Sequence record: NC_027399.1
Strand: one strand, 5' to 3'
DNA length: 64,000 nucleotides
The notes below the pieces were generated by a model. The model searched no databases. It saw only the letters and a program-made list of their open reading frames with translations, and was not told the DNA's origin. Positions 32,567 through 42,663 of this stretch are shown piece by piece (within the stretch, counting starts at the first letter, position 1; every line of letters begins with the position of its first letter). The translations under genes were made by a program, and so were the position numbers.

Positions 32567-33247
32567 ATGACAAAGTTGTTATCACTTGATATTGAATCAT
32601 TTGGTGTACCTGAACGTTCTGGGTATAATATCGTAGTACCAAATTATGCGGTTGTGCTTATCCCAGATAATCCCATGCATTTAATTGAATCTTTTTCGTA
32701 TGTAAAACTACCATTTCAACCACAAGTAGAAAATGGGTTAAAAGTTGATGCAGGTTCGATGGATTTTTGGTTCAATGAATGTAGGAAGTATTACCCAAAT
32801 GCACTAAATGAAGTTACAAGTACGTTCAATTTAAAAGAACCTGAAGTTTATCAAGTAACAAAATCTTCTAGATTTAAATCCAATGATGTTATTTCTATGT
32901 GGAAAGACCTAAGATATAATATCTATGGTGAAGAAGAATCGTTGGAAATTTGGGGCAATGGTTGTAACTTTGATTGTAGTATTTTACAAGCAAATCATTT
33001 ACTTCAATTCAATAAAGGTGACTTGTGGAATTATGCTTCACCACAAAACGCCCGTTCTTTAAAACGATTGTTAAGTGCTGAAGAGCGTGAAGAAATGGAT
33101 GAAATTGTTAAAAAACAGTTATTAAAATTCACTGACTTTGCAGCAGGGCATGGTTTTAACGCACTGGAACTGCATCACCCATTATATGATGCAGCACGAG
33201 AAGCCATTCAGATTTCTTATTGCTTGAATAAAAAATCATCAAAATAA
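32567..33247 (+). CDS. DEDDh 3'-5' exonuclease (T4 DexA-like)
   Basis: LDIES, IWGNGCNFDCSIL, HHPLYDAAR. Confidence 0.85.
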   Translation: MTKLLSLDIESFGVPERSGYNIVVPNYAVVLIPDNPMHLIESFSYVKLPFQPQVENGLKVDAGSMDFWFNECRKYYPNALNEVTSTFNLKEPEVYQVTKSSRFKSNDVISMWKDLRYNIYGEEESLEIWGNGCNFDCSILQANHLLQFNKGDLWNYASPQNARSLKRLLSAEEREEMDEIVKKQLLKFTDFAAGHGFNALELHHPLYDAAREAIQISYCLNKKSSK

Positions 33248-33312
33248 AAGTTGAAAAAATTTTGAATACAGGATATACTAGTTATATCCTTTTTAATTTA
33301 AGAGATGATCAA

Positions 33313-34410
33313 ATGTTAAGTTATGTCATTTTGTTACTACCTGCACTTATTGTTATGTTTGTGATGAAATACATTTATAACAAAGAAATTAGTACTAAAG
33401 AATTTTTGATTCATGGGGCTATTTGTATTATTAGTGCAACTGTTGTATTGGCACTTTCTTATGCAATAAATTACGCTTCATTGACTGATACCCAGATTTT
33501 AAATGGTAAAGTACTAAGTAAGAACAAACACGTTGAGACTTGTACTCAATATAGCTCGTGTGAGCATTATTATGTAAAAGAAAAATGTCATTATTACACA
33601 GATAGTAAAGGAAAACGTCACAAAAGTTGTGAAACATATAAAGTGTTTGATTATCCGTATGAAGTTGACTGGTATGTCAATACCAGTGTGGGTGACTTCA
33701 AAATTAAACGAGTCAACCGACAAGGTACTACAACACCAAATAGATGGTCAGTTGTTAAAATAAATGATTATGCAAGTAATACTTCATATTATATAAATTA
33801 TCTTCTTTCTGATAAAAATTCATTATTCAGTACTGAAAATGATATCAAAAATTACAGCGAAAAATATTTGAATTCTCTACCAGAATATCCTGAAATTTTT
33901 GATTATTATCATACTGAACATGTAATCAATACAACAAAAGCAGATGTTTCTGGTTTTGATGAATACATTAAAGATGAACTGAAAGATTTGGGATCATCTA
34001 AACAAGTAAACATTGAAATATTAATTTATGATTACAAAGATGTTGACTTTGTTGATGCAGTATTGTTAAAATGGAAGGGTGGTAAGAAAAATGATGTTAT
34101 CATGTTCTTTGGTATTGATGAAAATTCAATTGTAAAATCTTTCGTAAGTACATCTTTCGCCAAAGGGGTTGGTAATGAAGAATTACATTCCAAAATGAGA
34201 ATTGATGCATTACAAGAGAAATTAAATCTTGACTTAATCAAGAAAGAAGTACATAATATCAGTACAAAGTTCGTAAGACAACCAAATGAAAACTTTTCTT
34301 ATCTAGCAACAAAACTGGAACCAAGAAAAGATGTGATGATTTTGGTGTCTATTATACTGTTAATTCTGTCCTATTTCGTTGGACTATACATGAGAGATAA
34401 TGAAGTATGA
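33313..34410 (+). CDS. membrane protein with large soluble domain (2 N-terminal TM, 1 C-terminal TM, TPM-like part)
   Basis: hydrophobic termini; W.GGKKNDVI.F motif; start moved to ATG 33313 after promoter TTGAAA-17-TATACT. Confidence 0.65.
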   Translation: MLSYVILLLPALIVMFVMKYIYNKEISTKEFLIHGAICIISATVVLALSYAINYASLTDTQILNGKVLSKNKHVETCTQYSSCEHYYVKEKCHYYTDSKGKRHKSCETYKVFDYPYEVDWYVNTSVGDFKIKRVNRQGTTTPNRWSVVKINDYASNTSYYINYLLSDKNSLFSTENDIKNYSEKYLNSLPEYPEIFDYYHTEHVINTTKADVSGFDEYIKDELKDLGSSKQVNIEILIYDYKDVDFVDAVLLKWKGGKKNDVIMFFGIDENSIVKSFVSTSFAKGVGNEELHSKMRIDALQEKLNLDLIKKEVHNISTKFVRQPNENFSYLATKLEPRKDVMILVSIILLILSYFVGLYMRDNEV

Positions 34411-34961
34411 ATAAAAATCTAATTGCTGTTTGTGCTGGACTGGTTTTAATTTTTTTGTGTGCAGTAGGTTATGTATCGATGTATAGTTCTGCTCATGATA
34501 CTGCTGTGTCATTTGAAGAGAATATTAAAAAGTACTACGATGCTAGTGAATCACAATTGAGTACATATACACTGACTATTCAGGAAAAAGTACAAATTTC
34601 CGACAAATATAAAGATGGCCTGAAAGAAGTAATTGAATCATATTTCAAAGGTCGTGAAGGTGCAGATCAAAACTTTGTAATGTCATATGTTCAACAGCAT
34701 GTCCCAAATCTTGATCCTAAAATGTATCAAGAACTAATGGTGACGATTGATTCAGGGCGAGAGAAGTTTAACAATCTTCAGAAAATGAAAATCGAGCAAT
34801 GTACTGAATATGGTAAATTCAGAAAAGGATTCTGGAATTCCAAAATTCTGGATAAGGATGTATTCCCAGGTAAAGATATTGAACATTACTGTGCAGTGGT
34901 ATCCGATACACGTACCAAGAATGCAATGAAAACTGGAGTACAAGAAGTTATTAAATTATAA
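34407..34961 (+). CDS. LemA-like membrane-anchored protein
   Basis: N-terminal TM then helical bundle; translationally coupled (ATGA) to the upstream membrane gene. Confidence 0.5.
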   Translation: MNKNLIAVCAGLVLIFLCAVGYVSMYSSAHDTAVSFEENIKKYYDASESQLSTYTLTIQEKVQISDKYKDGLKEVIESYFKGREGADQNFVMSYVQQHVPNLDPKMYQELMVTIDSGREKFNNLQKMKIEQCTEYGKFRKGFWNSKILDKDVFPGKDIEHYCAVVSDTRTKNAMKTGVQEVIKL

Positions 34962-34964
34962 TTT

Positions 34965-34993
34965 GAAGGGGAGACGAAAGTCTTCCCTTTTCT
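34965..34993 (+). terminator. rho-independent terminator
   Basis: AAGGGGAGAC-GAAA-GTCTTCCCTT plus T tract. Confidence 0.7.
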
Positions 34994-35007
34994 TGTTAGG
35001 TGAATAT

Positions 35008-35598
35008 ATGTATCACAATGAAACAATAGAGCTATTTGAAATAATCAACTCATTTGAGCCGGAGATGTTAAAAACATTACCCAGTTATGATGTACAACAC
35101 AACGGACGTTCTTTCAGTTATATTTCAACATATGCAGAATCAGAACATCCAATAAAATACAACGAATTTACGGTTAAATGGGTAACAGAAAGGGAAGATG
35201 AAGTTGTACCAACTATTTCAGTTGGTTCTTCAACTTTAACATCATTGACTCGTACTTACAATAATGTCAGTACTGATTTATTGAATACTTGTACAGTACT
35301 TGTATCAAGTGATTTATCCAGATTGATTTCAGTACAATGGGAAATGGGCTTGAATAGCAATATGATTTACCCACAGGCTATGATTAGTTCTACAATTATT
35401 AAAAAAACAACATCTGAAATGAAATTGATGAATGCGTTGTATTTGCGAAATGAAAGTGTATTAATTAATGGTGTACTTTATGATTTAAATGCAAATGCAA
35501 ATGCATTCACTGAAGATATTAGTGATGATAAATCACATTTTTCTATACTAAACGTCATTAATTTAAGGAACATTTTTAATGAATTACGATTGGCTTGA
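35008..35598 (+). CDS. hypothetical protein
   Basis: ATG 35008 after AGGTG RBS. Confidence 0.65.
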   Translation: MYHNETIELFEIINSFEPEMLKTLPSYDVQHNGRSFSYISTYAESEHPIKYNEFTVKWVTEREDEVVPTISVGSSTLTSLTRTYNNVSTDLLNTCTVLVSSDLSRLISVQWEMGLNSNMIYPQAMISSTIIKKTTSEMKLMNALYLRNESVLINGVLYDLNANANAFTEDISDDKSHFSILNVINLRNIFNELRLA

Positions 35599-36142
35599 AA
35601 CCCTTATTAACGAATCATGTAATGCACTAAAAGAATATGATATTTCAGTGTTTTTCAATCCACTATTCAATGATCACAAATTTGAATCATTTGATATAGA
35701 AAAAAGAGATAATTTTATTATCTTAAAAAATGGTATTAGTCAGAAAGAAGTCGTGACATATAAAAAGAATTCAAGTCCTTATAATATTAGTACTGCGATA
35801 GTTGGTAGTTCTGCGATAAATGGTAATATCAATGTTTATAACAAAAATCCATTTCATGATGATTTACCTGATTATCACAGTATTGAGTATGTAAATTACA
35901 CTTATTCATTTGTTTTCAGACAAGACGGTTTTATCGGGTTTGATGTAAAGAAAAAATCAGAAACTCTATTGAATATTATTGTTGGAAATAGTGATATTTT
36001 GATATACAATGAAAAAGGTTATAACTGGTACAACAAAGAAACATTTGAAGAATTTTCATTTCAAAATTCATTAATTGAACCAAGAAAAAATTTTGATTTA
36101 TTTTATATTAATTCTGTACTTAAAAATTTTAAATTAGTTTAA
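35579..36142 (+). CDS. FQxS-motif family protein
   Basis: C-terminal TFEEFSFQNSLIEP. Confidence 0.6.
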   Translation: MNYDWLETLINESCNALKEYDISVFFNPLFNDHKFESFDIEKRDNFIILKNGISQKEVVTYKKNSSPYNISTAIVGSSAINGNINVYNKNPFHDDLPDYHSIEYVNYTYSFVFRQDGFIGFDVKKKSETLLNIIVGNSDILIYNEKGYNWYNKETFEEFSFQNSLIEPRKNFDLFYINSVLKNFKLV

Positions 36143-36152
36143 GGATAATAAA

Positions 36153-36515
36153 ATGTGGTATATTATTAGTGTAGTAGTACTTTCTGTTTTGGTTGGTATT
36201 GTATTACTGAAAGGTGTAACGTATACAATGTCTAAAATAGACAAGTACCAGGAAAATTCAGTAATCGATTTGTTTATTGATTACCCAAAAAGCATCATTG
36301 CTTTTCTGTTTGTTATGGTACTGATTGGTTTTTATATGGTATCTCATCAAATTGGAGAAATGTACACTTGTGCCATCCGAAGTAGTTCACAGAATGTAGA
36401 AACCGAATATAGTTGGTATTTTGATAAATGTCGCTTCAAAAATAAAGATGGTGCATGGGTAGATATTGATCGTTTATTGGGTATGCCAGATGGCAAAGAA
36501 CATGAACAGCAATGA
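36153..36515 (+). CDS. two-TM membrane protein
   Basis: two hydrophobic helices, C-terminal CxnC. Confidence 0.65.
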   Translation: MWYIISVVVLSVLVGIVLLKGVTYTMSKIDKYQENSVIDLFIDYPKSIIAFLFVMVLIGFYMVSHQIGEMYTCAIRSSSQNVETEYSWYFDKCRFKNKDGAWVDIDRLLGMPDGKEHEQQ

Positions 36516-37026
36516 ACATAAATTCTTCATAGAGCCAGAAGATGAAATAGACTATTTTGATGCAATAGACAGTACTGAAGATGGATATACACATATCAAT
36601 ATATATAGTAAAGGTAAAACTAAATTAGGACGCGATTTATCTAATTTTAGTCCCTATAGTTTTACGCTTGAACCATATGGATGGTTTCCATCAGTAGAGT
36701 CATTTTATTTCTGGTTTTTAACTGGACAAAAACACCATGAGCTACGTAAGCTCTCTGGGGCGGCAGCTAAGGCTGCTGCGGAAAAGTATACCCATGACAG
36801 GCTTGAGATGACCGATGAGCGTCTTGGTGTGATACAGGCCGCTATTTGTGCCAAGATAGTACAGAACCCCGACTTAGCAGAGCGTTTAAAGAAAAGTACA
36901 TTAGCTTTTAAGCATTATTATTGCTATGGTACTAAAGTAATAAACGTGGAAGATGAACATGGGTGGTTTGTTCAAACAATCGAAGATATAAGGACTGCAT
37001 TAAAAGAAGGAGATGAACATGAATAA
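36502..37026 (+). CDS. NADAR-family protein (T4 gp30.3-like)
   Basis: HINIYSKGKTKLGRDLSNFS, FPSVESFYF, AKIVQNP, F.HYY.YG. Confidence 0.75.
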   Translation: MNSNEHKFFIEPEDEIDYFDAIDSTEDGYTHINIYSKGKTKLGRDLSNFSPYSFTLEPYGWFPSVESFYFWFLTGQKHHELRKLSGAAAKAAAEKYTHDRLEMTDERLGVIQAAICAKIVQNPDLAERLKKSTLAFKHYYCYGTKVINVEDEHGWFVQTIEDIRTALKEGDEHE

Positions 37027-37252
37027 TACACAGTTTGAATCATTTGATATAGAGAGTATATTAAAACCAACTGATAACTGTACTGTACTTATGAATATGT
37101 ACTGGATAGTCAAAGATGAAAAAGTCTTTAGATCATTACGAACTAAAGTATGGCAATGCAATAAATTTGAGAGTGTAGTTAAACATGTAATCGAATCTTA
37201 TCCCGGTTGTGAGGTTCGTTTTCTTGAATATGCTTATGTAAAGAAGGATTGA
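37013..37252 (+). CDS. hypothetical protein
   Basis: 79-aa ORF in coupled operon. Confidence 0.6.
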   Translation: MNMNNTQFESFDIESILKPTDNCTVLMNMYWIVKDEKVFRSLRTKVWQCNKFESVVKHVIESYPGCEVRFLEYAYVKKD

Positions 37253-37695
37253 TTATGAAATATTATATGGTAACGGAAGGTGATTCGAGTGGTATTCATT
37301 TTTTATGGTCTTATTATGAATTACTTGACTGTTGCACCGTAGAAGATGCAGAAGATTTATACAGAGAAGAAAATGGATATTCACTGGATGCACCTTATGG
37401 ATTGAGAATTTATAGTAAAGAAATTACAGAAAAAGAATATCATGATGGATTGCATTTTAACGATTATTATGGTGTTAGAACGCTAATTACCGAATTGATG
37501 TTTAAAAATAACATTTTCCCACTAAAAAGTTGGGCTTTAATGTTTGCAAATCCAAAAAAACCTGTTAGAATAGGGTTTCCTGGTTCACATCTAGTCTATC
37601 GTATGAATGATAAACGAGAGCTTAGCTACCAGTATGATTATGATTCACATAAGTTTGGTCTTCTACCAGCATTTAAAGGTTTGACAAATGAGTAA
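37249..37695 (+). CDS. hypothetical protein
   Basis: 148-aa ORF. Confidence 0.65.
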   Translation: MIMKYYMVTEGDSSGIHFLWSYYELLDCCTVEDAEDLYREENGYSLDAPYGLRIYSKEITEKEYHDGLHFNDYYGVRTLITELMFKNNIFPLKSWALMFANPKKPVRIGFPGSHLVYRMNDKRELSYQYDYDSHKFGLLPAFKGLTNE

Positions 37696-38023
37696 AGATT
37701 CATTAGAATTTATTTTACGTTGTGATTGTGGTGAAAAATCAGATCATGTAATTCACATTGCACAGTACGATCTAGACGAAGAGTACGGTGATAATAAACT
37801 TGGCACTTGTTTAATCAGTGCTCGTTTAGAACCATGTTTTACATGGTATGAACGTGTTTGGATTGGTATCAAATACATCTTTGGTTACAATAGTTATCAG
37901 TATATGGATACAATGGTTGATGTTGATATCCTACGTGAAGTAGTACAACAGTTAAAAGATGAACGTTCAGAAGAAGACAAAAAAGCTTCTCGTGAAAAAC
38001 GCTCAGAGGTTAAGGTTCTATGA
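37688..38023 (+). CDS. conserved phage hypothetical protein
   Basis: CDC..H motif; W.ER.WIGIKYIFGY motif. Confidence 0.7.
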   Translation: MSKDSLEFILRCDCGEKSDHVIHIAQYDLDEEYGDNKLGTCLISARLEPCFTWYERVWIGIKYIFGYNSYQYMDTMVDVDILREVVQQLKDERSEEDKKASREKRSEVKVL

Positions 38024-38214
38024 GTGTGTTATTTGAAAAGAAATATTGTACTAAATGCTTGACAGCTTATACAATTCAGGGTATGATTTGTTGCTCAAAC
38101 TGTCAAAGCACAGATGCTCAAACGTTTTTGGTTGATGATCGTTACACCGATTTAATTCAATTCAAAGCGAATCGAAATTTAAAACATTTTAGTGCTTTAC
38201 ACGACAAAGATTGA
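38020..38214 (+). CDS. small zinc-ribbon protein
   Basis: CTKC..CSNC. Confidence 0.6.
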   Translation: MSVLFEKKYCTKCLTAYTIQGMICCSNCQSTDAQTFLVDDRYTDLIQFKANRNLKHFSALHDKD

Positions 38215-38259
38215 ATGCTATAATCATCTTAACTTAAACAAAAACAGGAATTACTTTAT

Positions 38260-38751
38260 ATGACTAACGTTAATACCAATCTAGTAACTGATATCAAAAA
38301 AGTTATTACTTCTCATCATTTCTTTGCACCAGAAAAACAACGAGTCATCTCTGATATCAAAGAAGATGAACTTAGTATTATTATTCGTTTTAAAGAACCT
38401 GGTGATGAAATTTCATCACAGTTCACTGTACTTCGTGGTAAATTCCGCGAAGAAGGCGTTGACAAGATCCCAGCTTACATTCTTTTTATTACACTTGGTA
38501 GTGTAATTAAGCTGGAAATTGATGAAAATCTGGAGCGTTCATATAAATTCATGCTTGCACCAGTTACAGATGATGATAACATTGAACTGGATTTCAAGAA
38601 TGATTTCACTGAAGAAGAATTCTTTCAGCAAAGTACAATCCATGATTTCCGTTCAGTAACTTATGAACATGTCGAACTTATCAAAGATATGATTGAACCA
38701 GTTACCAGTTACGAGAAATATCTCGATGGTCAAGCTGAAGGCAACGAATAA
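38260..38751 (+). CDS. FQxS-motif family protein
   Basis: FTEEEFFQQSTIHDF; early promoter TTTACA-17-TATAAT upstream. Confidence 0.75.
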   Translation: MTNVNTNLVTDIKKVITSHHFFAPEKQRVISDIKEDELSIIIRFKEPGDEISSQFTVLRGKFREEGVDKIPAYILFITLGSVIKLEIDENLERSYKFMLAPVTDDDNIELDFKNDFTEEEFFQQSTIHDFRSVTYEHVELIKDMIEPVTSYEKYLDGQAEGNE

Positions 38752-38755
38752 AAAT

Positions 38756-38784
38756 AAATAACCCACTTCGGTGGGTTATTTTCT
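38756..38784 (+). terminator. rho-independent terminator
   Basis: AAATAACCCAC-TTCG-GTGGGTTATTT. Confidence 0.75.
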
Positions 38785-38801
38785 ATATAAGGATATAAAT
38801 T

Positions 38802-39359
38802 ATGTTAAAAGAAATTCAAAAATTAACAAATTCAATTGTAGATTTTCTTAAAGATAAAAATGGTTTTAGTACTGAAGTATCAAAACAGGGTGTTCAGCTA
38901 ATCGTTAAAAATCCTAATGGTACTGAAACTTTGTATGATGTTTATGAATTGCTTTTATATAAACTTAGTGCTAATAAACTAGGTGGTGATATTCAGTTAA
39001 ACATTAATGATAGTACTGAGGGTAAGATTTTTGCAATTAACACGAATGTAAATTTTGATATTCATTCTAAAATCCTCGAAATTAATAATTCATTTGATGA
39101 TTTCAAACACGATACCATTCGTGGTGTTTTTGTTAGTACTCAATTGTCTGAAAGTACAAATCCGTTTTCGGTACTAACTATGTATAAAAATGGTACATGG
39201 GTTCGTTACGATTTAACACTGTCGGAATTACTGTACGCTTGTGTAAATGGGTATAAATTACAATTGAACGATTCAGGTTTTGTATACAATGAATTACGTG
39301 AATTGTGTGAAAATGTAAAAAAAGAAATGAAGCAAGAAGAAAATACAATATCCAAATAA
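38802..39359 (+). CDS. hypothetical protein
   Basis: 185-aa ORF, AAGGA RBS. Confidence 0.7.
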   Translation: MLKEIQKLTNSIVDFLKDKNGFSTEVSKQGVQLIVKNPNGTETLYDVYELLLYKLSANKLGGDIQLNINDSTEGKIFAINTNVNFDIHSKILEINNSFDDFKHDTIRGVFVSTQLSESTNPFSVLTMYKNGTWVRYDLTLSELLYACVNGYKLQLNDSGFVYNELRELCENVKKEMKQEENTISK

Positions 39360-39375
39360 TGAGGTAGATCTCTGT

Positions 39376-39798
39376 ATGACATTACATGAAGTACTGAATA
39401 GTTTCTTTGAATTGAATATTTCAGAAATGAAAACCAAACAAAATAGACACCAACATAGTGTTTGGTATGATGCCCAACCACAACCGTTTTTAATCAATTT
39501 TAAAGAAACTGAAACATACACAATAATGAGATTTCATCATTTTGATGGTGAAAATAATTACAGGGTATCATATGATGCAGGAACTGATCGACTGATTTAC
39601 ACAGTAATGGGTACCATTTCATCAACCATTACGATTGGAAACTTCTCTTCTTATAAATCAGAAGATAATTTTTTTCAGGATTCACTGATTAATGATTACA
39701 ATGATTTATCATTCGAAGATATTGACAAAATGATGAATATGTTCTATAATGTAAAAAATACAAGTTTATCCCTATTTGGTGAAGATGATGAAATTTGA
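39376..39798 (+). CDS. FQxS-motif family protein
   Basis: KSEDNFFQDSLINDY. Confidence 0.7.
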   Translation: MTLHEVLNSFFELNISEMKTKQNRHQHSVWYDAQPQPFLINFKETETYTIMRFHHFDGENNYRVSYDAGTDRLIYTVMGTISSTITIGNFSSYKSEDNFFQDSLINDYNDLSFEDIDKMMNMFYNVKNTSLSLFGEDDEI

Positions 39799-40225
39799 TT
39801 TAGAAAAATTTCTGGATTTGGATTTAGATTCATTTTATATCAGAAAGTTTATTTTTAAACCACACACAAATGTGGTTGATTATGCTGTGATTGAACTACA
39901 TGAATCAGACTATACAATTTGGTACGATGTTGATGATTGTATTCAACTAAAGGAATGTGATGAATGTAAAGGTTATGTTCTGTTGTATGACCTCAATACA
40001 AATGAAATTACATTAAAAACTTCACATTATGATGAATACGGTATTATAACAAGACGTGAATGCGTTGCATTTTCACATGATGATTACACAGAAGAATCAT
40101 TTTTTATGATTAGTACCTTACATGATGTTGGAGAATTTACATTTGAAACTTTCGATAAATTTAATAAAATTTTGAAAAAGATTAAATCAATGATCAAGGA
40201 AATTGAAAATGAACAGTCCAAGTAA
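39788..40225 (+). CDS. FQxS-motif family protein
   Basis: YTEESFFMISTLHDV. Confidence 0.7.
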   Translation: MKFDLEKFLDLDLDSFYIRKFIFKPHTNVVDYAVIELHESDYTIWYDVDDCIQLKECDECKGYVLLYDLNTNEITLKTSHYDEYGIITRRECVAFSHDDYTEESFFMISTLHDVGEFTFETFDKFNKILKKIKSMIKEIENEQSK

Positions 40226-40622
40226 ATGTTATATTGTTATTCGTAATGATTTGGATATGCCAGAAGGTAAATTTGGTGCACAAATCGGCCATGGCATCGA
40301 CGCAGTATGGAAAGAGGTTTTGGTAGCCGGTACAATGGTGCGTGCTGCAAATATAGCCAATGAACAACCAAAAGAGCGTGATATCAAAATACAGGATGAA
40401 ATTTCTAAATGGGTGAGTGACGGTAGTAGAAAGATTATTCTAAAAACAAAATCAGAAGACGAATTACTGAAAATTTATAAAAAGGTATTGTCTGAAGGTT
40501 GTATTTGTACTAAAATTTATGATTATGGATTTAATTTTTTTGATGGTTTAACTTTAACTGGTATTGTTGTACATCCATGTTCAGAAGAAATTAAAACATT
40601 AAAACGAGTACGCTTATGGTAA
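40209..40622 (+). CDS. peptidyl-tRNA hydrolase type 2 (PTH2)-like
   Basis: YIVIRNDLDMPEGKFGAQIGHG, W...G.RKIILK..SE.EL, DYG, T.I...P. Confidence 0.85.
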   Translation: MNSPSKCYIVIRNDLDMPEGKFGAQIGHGIDAVWKEVLVAGTMVRAANIANEQPKERDIKIQDEISKWVSDGSRKIILKTKSEDELLKIYKKVLSEGCICTKIYDYGFNFFDGLTLTGIVVHPCSEEIKTLKRVRLW

Positions 40623-40990
40623 ATGAACATTTAAAAGAATTATGTTCTTTATGGAAATCATCTGATGTAAAATTTGAACCTGTACCCAAAAATAAAGATA
40701 ACTGGCATAATTCTATTGTTATGGGGTCTTGTGGTTTTTTTCTTTTACCTATGGTACTAAAAGATAAAAAAATAGGTATTGTTGTTTTATACAATGATCT
40801 TATATATTATTTTTTGTACGAAGATGAAATTCAGTACGTACATAATAATATGACACATACATACAAAAGAGATACCACACATGAAGAACTATTCCAACTA
40901 AGTACTTTATACGATGAAGTAATTCAGTACGAAAACTTAATAGAAGTTTTTAACTTATATGATTCCGTAATGGAGGTAATTGAAAGATGA
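40616..40990 (+). CDS. FQxS-motif family protein
   Basis: TTHEELFQLSTLYDE. Confidence 0.7.
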   Translation: MVNEHLKELCSLWKSSDVKFEPVPKNKDNWHNSIVMGSCGFFLLPMVLKDKKIGIVVLYNDLIYYFLYEDEIQYVHNNMTHTYKRDTTHEELFQLSTLYDEVIQYENLIEVFNLYDSVMEVIER

Positions 40991-41328
40991 TGAGTCATTG
41001 TAAATTCTGGCTTCCTGTTATGGTTGTTCTGTTTATTATTTTTACAGTAGTAAACTATAAAATCCACAATTCTATCCCAAGACAGCCTACAGCAGAAGAA
41101 TTAGCTATTCATCAAAATAGTGGTTTATATGCTGAAGTACTCAATAAAATCAAAAACAAATGTACTGGTATCAGTGATAATGAAAGGAATACATTCTATA
41201 CATGCCAGGACGGTTCTAAAGTATCAGTGATTTACTGGAAACGTCAAGATAGAAGTGGGTATGTCACTCGTGATTTTGATAAGGATGGGAAATTAATTTC
41301 GATTTATGGACACCCAGATGATATCTAA
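40987..41328 (+). CDS. membrane-anchored hypothetical protein
   Basis: N-terminal TM helix. Confidence 0.65.
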   Translation: MMSHCKFWLPVMVVLFIIFTVVNYKIHNSIPRQPTAEELAIHQNSGLYAEVLNKIKNKCTGISDNERNTFYTCQDGSKVSVIYWKRQDRSGYVTRDFDKDGKLISIYGHPDDI

Positions 41329-41770
41329 AGAACAACATAAATTTTTATTCAAAATATTGAATTCTTATAAAGTTAATAAGTTCAGTACTAAACACGTTCA
41401 CAATCCAAAAATTGTTATTAGCACAAGACGATATATAGGAAATAACAATTTTGAAATATACTTATATAAAGGAACTATTTCATTAGAAATTCAAAGATAT
41501 GGTATTATTTTATTATTAATTGAGTATAATCCAATTTCTGACAATATGACGTTATTATTCAATGATAATGAACATTGTTCTGAAATCGTTTATCGTATAA
41601 ACGATGTGTCGGAAATTCTTGAAGAAGATGGTTATTTTCAACAAAGTCTTGTACAAAATCTTCCATTGGAATATAATGATTTTTGTAAAATGATGGATGA
41701 TATCACAACCATCAAAAATTCAATGCTGGAACGTTTTGAGTTAACAGAGCAAGTGTGCGACAATGACTAA
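41306..41770 (+). CDS. FQxS-motif family protein
   Basis: LEEDGYFQQSLVQNL. Confidence 0.7.
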   Translation: MDTQMISKEQHKFLFKILNSYKVNKFSTKHVHNPKIVISTRRYIGNNNFEIYLYKGTISLEIQRYGIILLLIEYNPISDNMTLLFNDNEHCSEIVYRINDVSEILEEDGYFQQSLVQNLPLEYNDFCKMMDDITTIKNSMLERFELTEQVCDND

Positions 41771-42017
41771 AGTAGTTAGAAAGCGTAGAGTACTTGATAA
41801 TGATGAATTCAAATCATTAGAGATTCATCGTCAATTGTTTCACCGTCTTTGTGCTGGTGAGAAACAAATTGTAGTTACTGAAACATATGAAGAACCAGAA
41901 AATATTTTCGGTAACTATTTCCCTGTATTCAATTTGTATATTAAACGCGGTCTATTGGAAGTAATTACAATAGATCAGTTACCGGAAGATGAACATGAAT
42001 TTACTGTTATCAAATAA
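41763..42017 (+). CDS. hypothetical protein
   Basis: 84-aa ORF. Confidence 0.6.
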   Translation: MTKVVRKRRVLDNDEFKSLEIHRQLFHRLCAGEKQIVVTETYEEPENIFGNYFPVFNLYIKRGLLEVITIDQLPEDEHEFTVIK

Positions 42018-42078
42018 AGAACCATTAGATCGTGATGATGATTTTTATGATGAACGTTATGGTGAATCGGAGGAATAA

Positions 42079-42633
42079 ATGGGATTAGATATCTATAAAT
42101 GTAAAATTAGTTCTACTAAACAAGAACATGGTTTTATTACATGTTCACAAGAAGAAATTGATTCTAATAAATCAATGAAAGAACTATTCCAGAAATATAA
42201 AAATTATATCAATATCGGCACTGAAGAATACATTGATATTGAACAAAGTTTAATCAAATTTAATCTTTCTGATGAATGGTTTTTATCTGGATATGAGTTC
42301 AATGAAGATGAGGATTCATATTATGCAGTATTTGATTGTACTCTACCATTGTTCGATTCCGTAAAAGTATTATATAATGAACTCATCACAAAAGATGAAA
42401 AAGTTTATACATTATATTACACAGAAATTGGCTATCAACGTAGAGATTATAAACCTGGAATCTATGCTGATCTTTGGGGATGTGACCAGGACGATCATGA
42501 CGGATATTACAGCTTAAATGTAGTAACAGATAATTCAGTACTTGAACTTGTTAAAATGTATGCGAATGAAAATTCTCCACTTAGTCAATGGGTACTAAAC
42601 GATAATGATGAATTTATTATCTTCGATTATTGA
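42079..42633 (+). CDS. hypothetical protein
   Basis: 184 aa, MGLDIY phage N-terminal motif, GGAGG RBS. Confidence 0.75.
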   Translation: MGLDIYKCKISSTKQEHGFITCSQEEIDSNKSMKELFQKYKNYINIGTEEYIDIEQSLIKFNLSDEWFLSGYEFNEDEDSYYAVFDCTLPLFDSVKVLYNELITKDEKVYTLYYTEIGYQRRDYKPGIYADLWGCDQDDHDGYYSLNVVTDNSVLELVKMYANENSPLSQWVLNDNDEFIIFDY

Positions 42634-42663
42634 GATTTCTAAATAAAATAAAACATAACAAGG

